From the human T2T-CHM13v2.0 reference genome, Homo sapiens, in NCBI RefSeq assembly GCF_009914755.1, contig NC_060936.1: 64,000 nt of DNA. One strand, written 5' to 3'. This document shows positions 55,386 to 64,000 of this stretch, one piece after another. Below the pieces are notes generated by a model. It ran no database searches and was not told the DNA's origin. It was given only the letters and a program-made list of their open reading frames with translations. A program made the translations under genes and the position numbers. Within the stretch, counting starts at the first letter, position 1. Each line of letters starts with the position of its first letter.

Positions 55386-57842
55386 TCTACAAAATATTAC
55401 TCAATCTGCAGTAGCTGGATCTGACTAGAAATTTTCACATTTAATTTTGAAGATGTTCAATATCTAATCTTTTATTTTGTCCTAAGTAATAAGTGTAAGT
55501 ATTTTAAAATCCTCCTGAAACCCCAACCCCACTCTTACCCAGACTCTTAAAACCATCCAGTCTAGATAATCAAAGCCAGATTGTCTTCTGAAGCATGAAG
55601 GTGATGTTAGGTGATTTCCATTAAGCAGAATTATCCTAAATCTACACGGCATCCACAAAGCATCACAAGTTAATTTTAATACCTTAGAGATTTCAAGGAT
55701 TCTATATTTTTAAAATATTGTAATAGAAAGTTAAAGACGGATGGAATGATGTCCCAGAAAACTATATTTATTGTGCTAATGCACCATTTGTCTTCTAGGC
55801 AAGCAACTAAAGGTCATTTGTTCTTCATGGCAAGGGTTGAAAATAGTTTGCATTGAAGGTCTAACTTACGGGACCAATGTGAAACCCCTTAGGCCTAAAG
55901 TGACCTTTTTATGCCAACACACACGTCCAAATCTCTTAAAGAGGCAAGCAGTGATGTTTGCACTCAGATTTTCAGTTACTTCAACTCTCTTTTCCTAAAT
56001 GACTCTGATGGAGAAATTGGAATCATTTGCTTCATGTAGATTTCAGTATACTTGTTCAACTATCAGAGCCAGGTATCAGAGTCAAATATTGGACTGAAGA
56101 GGGGGCAAGTTTCCAAGCCTACATTTGCCAAATGAGAGGGAGAGTGTGGGAGAGAGAGGCACGTGGTGAAATCTGTTTGGGAGTGGGAGCTTGCTTCCTT
56201 TCCCTGGGGGTCTAAGTGGACTTGCGGGAGGCTGTTCAGTTATCCCACAGCTGTGCCTGGAAGAAACCCAAGGCCCAGAGAGAGCATGCCTTCTTCAGAA
56301 GAGTAAGGATCTGAAGAAAGAAGAATAAAGAGAGAAGGAGATAAGGCCTACAATTAAGGTTGATGGCGATTTCACTTGACAAAAATCTTCATGCTTCCAA
56401 ATAGCCAGGAACTTTAGGAATTCTTGCCCCTAGATCACTTAATAAAAAGAATTGTTGAGCAGTGGAAAAGTTGCCATCTTCAGTTACATCTATCCCCTTA
56501 ACACATACCCGTTTTCAGGTGGCAAGTTGGCCATATTCCTGCCATCCCAAGGCAGGGCAGCAGCACATCCCTTATCAGCAAACAAGGCTCTGATGGCTAC
56601 AAAGGGGTGTATGCTTTAACTTTCTCTTCCACATCAGCTGGGGCTGACTTTTCTCTCAGGCTTTGCTAACTACACGTTGGGATTCCTGCCTGAGAAACGT
56701 AGTCCAGAACTGCACCCAAAACATTGTCTAACTTTTAATGTGGTGTTTAAAGACACCTACTTTCTAGTTCACTCACTACTGCCCACAGATACAGAAGGCA
56801 AAATCAGCGTAGAAGCCCTCACAGCAAACCTCTCTTGGGTTCACAAGTCTTACTGCAGTGGATGGCAGACTTCATACATTCAGCGCACTGCTTTGCCACA
56901 TTTGGGTGACAAAACAATGACACAGAACAGATGCTGCAATGAAGAGAGGAGAGACCATTTGTTCTATAACTCAGCTTTCTTTTGGTTACATAGTCTGTCA
57001 TTATGCAGAGCAAGAAAAGTATCCATGGCACCTAGAACAGATTCAGATTTTAGTTTGAACTTGTACGGAGTTCTTAATCAAAGAAAAGAATTGTGTCTTG
57101 GAATTTTGCCTTGTGATTTCCCAAGATTGTTCTCAAGATGGGCATTGAACAGTCAGGGGTAAAAAAGGAAATAGATTGCTTTTATAGTACTTTTCATATC
57201 ATTTTCCTTCTATTTACAATAAAGTAAATGAGGCTGTTACTCTTTTTTACAAAGCATTTTCTTTAAAGATGACCGTTAGTACCATGCAAGCACATTTTGA
57301 AACAGGTATGAAACCAGTGTGCCCAACTGTGGCTGAAACCCAAACAGCAATTTTTTTCCACTTACACAGGAAAATTCAGGAAAAAAAAAATGGTTACATG
57401 GGCAGCTCACAGTTTCTTTTGGAATGCTTTCATGGAAATTCAGGCTGTATTTGATACACACACCATATTTTTTTTAATGGTGTTGTGTGGGTGGGTTGGA
57501 GGCACATGAAGAGCTCCAAAATCCATATAAATATCCAAAACCAGAATGGAGAAACTCTCTCATTTCCTTGTTATTGTCTATTGCTCATTTGCTAACTGTT
57601 ACTTGAAGCATGATACTCTAATATTCCTTTTATGCCTCTTTTAAACTTAAACATTATAACACCAGGCCTCTAAAACACATGGCTAAAAAATGATATCACC
57701 CCCTCAGAAAGATTTTTAAAATAACAAAATACCAAAAGAGCTGCCATATTCAAAATAAGAGGTGAGGCAGGCTTACCCCCATTCCTTTTATCCCAAAGCC
57801 AAGCAAGATAGACAAACCAACCAACTAACAAAAACCCACTAT

Positions 57843-57873
57843 CTCTTTCTTTCTTTCCTTCTTTCTTTCTTTC
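57843..57873. repeat. (TTTC)n simple repeat
   Basis: ctctttctttctttccttctttctttctttc. Confidence 0.85.
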
Positions 57874-59499
57874 TGTCTTCATGCCAGGGTGGCTGCCTGG
57901 GTGGTAGCCATTCATGCTGGCTTGTGTGTGCTTGGAGTGAAGGGCCTAGTTAATGGGAAAATTACAGATGACTTTGTATGGTGGGTTCTGTGATTTACAT
58001 TTGTGGTAAAACCCAAGGCAACTTATCTGTAACTCTGACTTGAATTGAGCCCTTACATGGAAATTTTTCCTGCTTGTGGCAGTACCTAAAACCAGCTTTC
58101 TGGGAAGGGCTCAAGATCCTACTCTTCCTAGAGCAGCCTTTCCCAGGGTATTTTAACCTCTTTTACTATACCAATCATGATAGTCCTGAACATCCCTCTC
58201 ACACCTATCAACCAAAGAAATGTTCACTAGAGTCACTTGCTAATGTTTGGTCAAAAAAAAAAAATTCTCAACCTATGTAAAATGATAAATTATGGATTTC
58301 AAATGTTAGAAATCATATTTGAACCAAACTTTTTAAAGTAAAAATGCAAAAAAAGTCCTTTGAAGTACAGAGGTAACTAAAGCATATTAAATGGACCAAT
58401 ACAGCAAACCATAAACAAGAACAAGGAGATTAAAAAATGAGGGGAAAAAGGAATGAATATATCAAGTCCTGATAAACACTGGGTTCACATTTGAAATCCA
58501 AGACTATCTACTGCACTTAACCAGTGCACCAAAAGTATGTATGTAGTGAAACTCAGTCTATCTTTCTTAGACTGTTCTTCCTCATGGCAAAGGAAAACAC
58601 TTTATTTTTTACTGTTGTAGGAATATGCCGTTTCACACTCCAAGCAGAGTTGTTTTTTTGGTTTTGTTTTGTTTTGTTTTTTTAAGGTAAACTACGAGCC
58701 AGCAGGTTGCCACATGTTCAGAATGCATTTGCTGAATTAGGAACCCAAGATCTTCACTCCATTTAATTGCTTTGAGACAATAAAGTATAAACAACTTTGG
58801 TTAAAGCAAGAGCTACAAGCAGACACACATTCTCACCCACCTTTTGGTCCTAATAAAATCTTTAAGCTTGGTAACCTTACTCAAACTAATCAAAAGAGGA
58901 AGGAAGCATGGCCATCTGTCTCCCCTTCATTTTCGCCTGTTAGCTTTGTACCTTTCAAACTGGTTAAAAAGGATTTCATAATCCAAAGTTCAAGGGTAGT
59001 ACCAACGAAAGCTCAACAACAGAAATAGCTGTTGATTTTGGTAACTAAAAGTCAGGGAATAAAATGGCTTCTGATTGATTGTTTAGCCTCATTCCCCCAA
59101 TTTAAAGGTCCCTGAAAAGTCTCACCTTCTTTGGTGTGAAGCAAAAATAACTATTTTCCCCCAAGAGGAAATATTGTGCCTAAATTAATGTAAATTGCAT
59201 ACTATGATACTTCTATCTTGGGAAGTTCAGTAAAACATGACTATTGCAAAGAAGGGAGGGTAAGGTTCTAGACAATAAGGCACAATACCAATAATGATCC
59301 TGAAATGATGAAAAGCAATCATTTCATAGACTTCACTAAAGTTGCTTTGAAAAGTCAATGATTCAATCCCCTCAAGTATTAATAGAAACAGAGACTTGGG
59401 GTTATAATAGACACTTGAGGCCATCTTGTCATTGGCAAGAGATGCTAAACAATGTTACCATGCCTGAATTACTTCTTAGAGTCTACAAGTGATACTTAC

Positions 59500-59552
59500 G
59501 TATTTTGTTCTTGATACTTCTGATGAAAATTGGCCTTTTATGAAAGAATGGG
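59500..59552 (-). other. Candidate 53-nt exon (unverified)
   Basis: Minus strand reads ctaaactatttcacag|CCCATTC...AAAATAC|gtaagta. Confidence 0.4.
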
Positions 59553-60039
59553 CTGTGAAATAGTTTAGATTCATTGTTACATATAAGGTCTCAGGTGTTA
59601 GGTTTCAGATGTGAAATTTTGAGTGTGTATTAAAATTTTTTTAAGAAAAAAATAAATTCCAATAAGAAAATTCAAACATATATAAATGCCACTAAGCCTT
59701 TTGATGACTTCTTCAGTTTTTCTGCTCCAGTAAACAAAATATTTTAATTGCCATGAGCACCCCTGATAATATAACCTGGTCTTTCCCAGTACTCAAGCCC
59801 TTTATCTATTTTACAAGCTGGTTTACCAAAAGGGCAAGGTTTCCTGAAGGAATCTCATCTCTTGTTAAGAGTATTTTTTTTTAATCAGACTTTGTGAGGC
59901 CTGCCTATTTTAAAGCTCCCAACAAATGATATCCTTTTCATACTATGGGATTTTATTTATGGGTGGGAGATCAAAAGTCTCTTACCAGTTTTTTCTACTG
60001 CGCAAATTTGAAATCTCTGGTTAAAAATCAGTGTCAACA

Positions 60040-60360
60040 GTATTCAAAATATTCAAAACTGTCAAGATCACTGAAAACAAGCAAAGTCTGAGAAACCTAG
60101 GAGATATGATATTAAATGTAATGTGGTATCATGAATGGGATTCTGGAACATAAAATAAAAAGAAGTAAAAACTAAGGAAATTAGAATAAAGTATGGACTT
60201 TAATACTAATGTATTAAAACTGGTTCATTAATTGTAATGTAATTCATGTATTACAGTAATGTAAAATGTTAATAATAGAGAAAACTGGATATCAGGTATG
60301 TAGGAGCTCTTTGTACTGCAACTTTTCTGTAAATGTAAGACTCTCTGAAATAAAAAGTTT
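60040..60360 (+). mobile_element. Ancient L1 (L1MC/L1MD) 3' end fragment
   Basis: aaaactgtcaagatcactgaaaacaagcaaagtctgagaaac...gcaacttttctgtaaat...aaataaaaagttt; similar to the 14180-14520 segment. Confidence 0.8.
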
Positions 60361-60365
60361 GTTTT

Positions 60366-60679
<314 letters not shown>

Positions 60680-61154
60680 TCAGTATAGTGTTTATAAAAA
60701 ATCAGTAAAAAGCCAGTGATACATTGACTTTTTAAAAGCAGAAGTACTTGCATCAATTGATCACTTCCTCAATGATCGAATGTATTGGATGATGTGAAAT
60801 AACTGAAAAGTACACAGCTCTTTTGAAATAATGATATCTATTGAGATTCCCTGTCCACAGTGAAAATAACTTCAGGATTTTCAGCCTTACAAAAGGATAG
60901 AAAATGTCTGGGTAAATCACACTGACGTGTAGAACATATACATAGGGTGTCTAGGTATGGAAGTAACTCCATACACTTTCGTTCCCCCTACAGCAGACAG
61001 GACTGGGCAGGTAATAAGAAAATATAAATAGCTCCTCTTGCACCTATAAAGAATATAAAGGCAAGATAACTATGGGACCTGATGGTTTACTGCTCCCTGA
61101 TGATCAGTTGCCAGGGCAAGAAACTGGAAAATGTTTTCTAATGCAGGCCATCCA

Positions 61155-61400
61155 ACAAAAAGGACAGCAAATAATAATACCTTTGAAAATTTCAAAGTGC
61201 TTCCCATTTATTATCTCATTGTATCCTTATAACAACAGTATGAAACAGATAGCATAGTTTATTATTATCATAGTTCATGGCAAAAACTAAGATATGGAAA
61301 GGTTACAAAACTTAGCTGAAGTCACACCATAAGTGACTGAATTCCAACGAGCATTCAACTTTCACAACTTCAACCCCCACCTTTACTCTTCCCTGGAAGT
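61155..61400 (-). mobile_element. MIR
   Basis: ttatctcattgtatccttataacaac...aaggttacaaaacttagctgaagtcacac. Confidence 0.65.
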
Positions 61401-64000
61401 AATGTGGTTTCAAGAAAATAATTTTGTGCTGATGTAAATGTTGTGTTTCAGAGTATAAGGCATAACATTCTAAGTATAAGTCTATGTGAGGCAGTTCCAA
61501 AGTGCCATGATTCCCCTTAAAACGAACTACTAATGAAATGAGAAGGGTATGGCAGCATTAAAGAAATTTGATTACTCTTTTCCTCACTATCAACGTAATG
61601 AAAAAAAAAATACCCCCAAAAAACAGCATTACAGAATTAACTACAAAATTGCTCATAGAATTCAACAAATTTATCGCAAAATATAGACAACTGGGGTGCC
61701 AATTAGGGTTGGATCTGATGACTGAATGTTGTATCATCTTAGCCTTAAAAAGGTAATTTTTTTCTCTGATACCATGATAGCATGGCAATTTGGAGTACTC
61801 ATTGCTAATCTATCAACTATAACTACTTTTGTTATAAATTTGTTCACAGAAGAGTTAAAATCCATCTTGTTTTCAATGAACCATTGTCAAATTAAGGACA
61901 TCTAGTTATACCCTGATGTTTACTCAAGAAACAGTGAAATTTACTTCTTCAATTTGGCTACAACTACAGAACTATCAGAGTAATATATCATTCAACAACT
62001 ATCTATTGAGTATCTGTTATGGCCCCTGCAGCACAGTATGGACCAAATATAAGTAAGATATGGATCCAGTGTGTTAGAAACTTAATCTAATCAAAGAGAA
62101 CCAGTATGAAGTAGGTTCAGAATCAGAGGACATGAAAGGGAAATGAGCAACTTTCTGGTTCTTATTCTTTTTCCTTTCAGCAATTAGAACTACAAAGAGC
62201 CCAAAAGGTATGTAAAGTATTAGAAGACTTATTCAGAAAAGATTTTCACAAGATGATCCTTAGGAACTCAATTTCGGAGAATTCAACAATGTTGCATTGC
62301 AAAGTATCAACCAATAACAAATCTGGATGTTGATTTCTTTTCCATTTGAGTGAACACTTGAGAACAATGGTTTCTCGTAGGTCAGCCTCCAAAACAACAA
62401 CATCAAACAGATACACGCCATTTCTGGTTTAGGTTCAAGGGTCTGATTAAAGAAAGCGTTTTAAGTTGTGAAGTGTATTTTATGACATACCAACATGTAA
62501 AATTGCACCACTTATGAATAACTACTTATTAACTAATGAAACAAGAGAAGGTGTATATTTGAGAATAAAAATCAAAAGAACCACAAGGATGGGGGAGGGT
62601 GTGGTACGCAAGGAATGCAGATCTCCATCTAGAGCTCAGTTCCGAGAGAGTCCTTTCCTAGCAGAGGCAAAGATGAGGTTGGGATTTTTGACTCTGGATA
62701 ATTTCTTAGTGTTATAAATCACTCCAGATTTCTAAACTATACTGAGAATAAATAAGAAGTGATTCCATGACTTTATTTTATGACAATAAATTCAGTTGAA
62801 TGTGCCACAGTGATCTAAACTGTTCAAGGCAGAACAACTTTGAAACACTCTAATCTCATAACCAAACAGAGTTGAAGAACAGTAGTCTCTATACTCCCCG
62901 ATCCAAAAAGTGGGGGTTGAAGGGGTGGAATTCCAGAACCTTAGTAACTACAACTTCTGCTCATTTTCAAGCAACTCCTACACAAGCAAAAATACCTATA
63001 AAGAAGAGTAACGCCTAAACATCAAGAGGTTACTTAGAGTTTACTCAAACTTTTTGGAAAAGCCAAATTGGGCTACAAATCCCTGGAGACATAGTTTGCC
63101 TCTGTTCTTTTTGGCTTTCACTCCATGAAAAGAACAATAATTAGAGAAAGTGTCATTGACTTAAAAATGTCATTTTTTAGTTGAAAATTAAAACACTTCC
63201 CCCAAATTCTTCCTTAGCATCCCCAAATTATCCAACTTCACTCTTATGTCTAAGGAAGTGAAAATTCCAGGTATTTTGACTGTCTGGCTCAGCTTACCCT
63301 AACTTCGCAATTTCCAGGTAACTTATGTAATGTTACTGGGAGTAGCAGAAGAGAAACAAAACAACTATACAAAAAAGCCTAGAGGGATTTTTCTATTTGG
63401 CTGGTTAAAATGTTCAGAATTATTTAAGAGTTGGAAAAGAAACAATAAACCACACCCTCAATGGGCTCTAGTCTGAATTCCACCATTCGTTTATACCGTG
63501 TTTTCCAATCCAAGATTTCAGCGTATTAATGAGAATAAAAGAGCACCCAAAGAATGCATTGGTGTCAGCTAAGCTTGCTTGAAATCAAACTTCTAAAACA
63601 TAACTTGGTTTAAGAACACAGCCTGAATTTATTACTTACACCTTGCTCTTTATGAATATACAAGTTCTACTGGCTTCTTCCCAAGAACAAAAGCTCATCT
63701 CCCCACTATTTGTGGTTTCTACAAGCGCCACTAAGCATGGAATCTGTTATGACACAGAGCTGTCCTAGACTTTGTACAGGAGGAATTTGTTAGAAAATGA
63801 TCTCACTTATAACACAGTCCTCCAACAAAGACACTGAATGATGAGGCTGCAAGGTATATTTACAAATGTATAAAATGAAAGTTATAGGTCACTGTACAAT
63901 CTACAGCTAGGCTATGGTTTCTCATATAATTTTACAGTTGAATCAATCATGAAGGAAAATTAATAAGATGTATCTAGATTGTTACTGTTTACCAAATGGC

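Noticed and set aside
56677-57162. 161-aa ORF, the longest in the track
   Set aside because: Starts at TTG, has no recognisable domain, composition looks non-coding, and I saw no convincing flanking splice sites.
59520-59545. CTGATGA...GAAA hammerhead-like core
   Set aside because: Stem II does not close next to the core and stems I and III are not evident.

Overview
Primate (most likely human or another hominoid) genomic DNA: AT-rich, CpG-depleted, with no CpG island and no protein-coding exon or gene I can recognise. Much of the window is interspersed repeats: about 16 Alu/FLAM copies, five L1 pieces, a near full-length Tigger1 split by an L1PA insertion, four solo LTRs, several hAT/Tigger MITEs, many ancient MIR/L2/L3 fragments, and microsatellites. 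The longest ORFs in the track with recognisable content are repeat-derived; the rest look like chance. All four LTRs and four of five L1s lie on the + strand, and several well-formed splice signals lie on the - strand, so the window probably sits inside long intron(s) of a minus-strand gene that I cannot name. The most interesting signals are: (1) a candidate 9/12-nt microexon near 26.7 kb; (2) a three-way-junction fold near 26.0 kb; (3) a dense hairpin cluster beside a strong 5' splice site near 50.4 kb; (4) a 53-nt candidate exon near 59.5 kb; (5) repair or template-switch scars, namely a snap-back palindrome at an L1 5' junction and a MER53 arm apparently overwritten by a neighbouring MER5B. 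I found no convincing novel multi-gene system. Repeat subfamily names come from recalled consensus sequences, and boundaries without a target-site duplication (TSD) are approximate.
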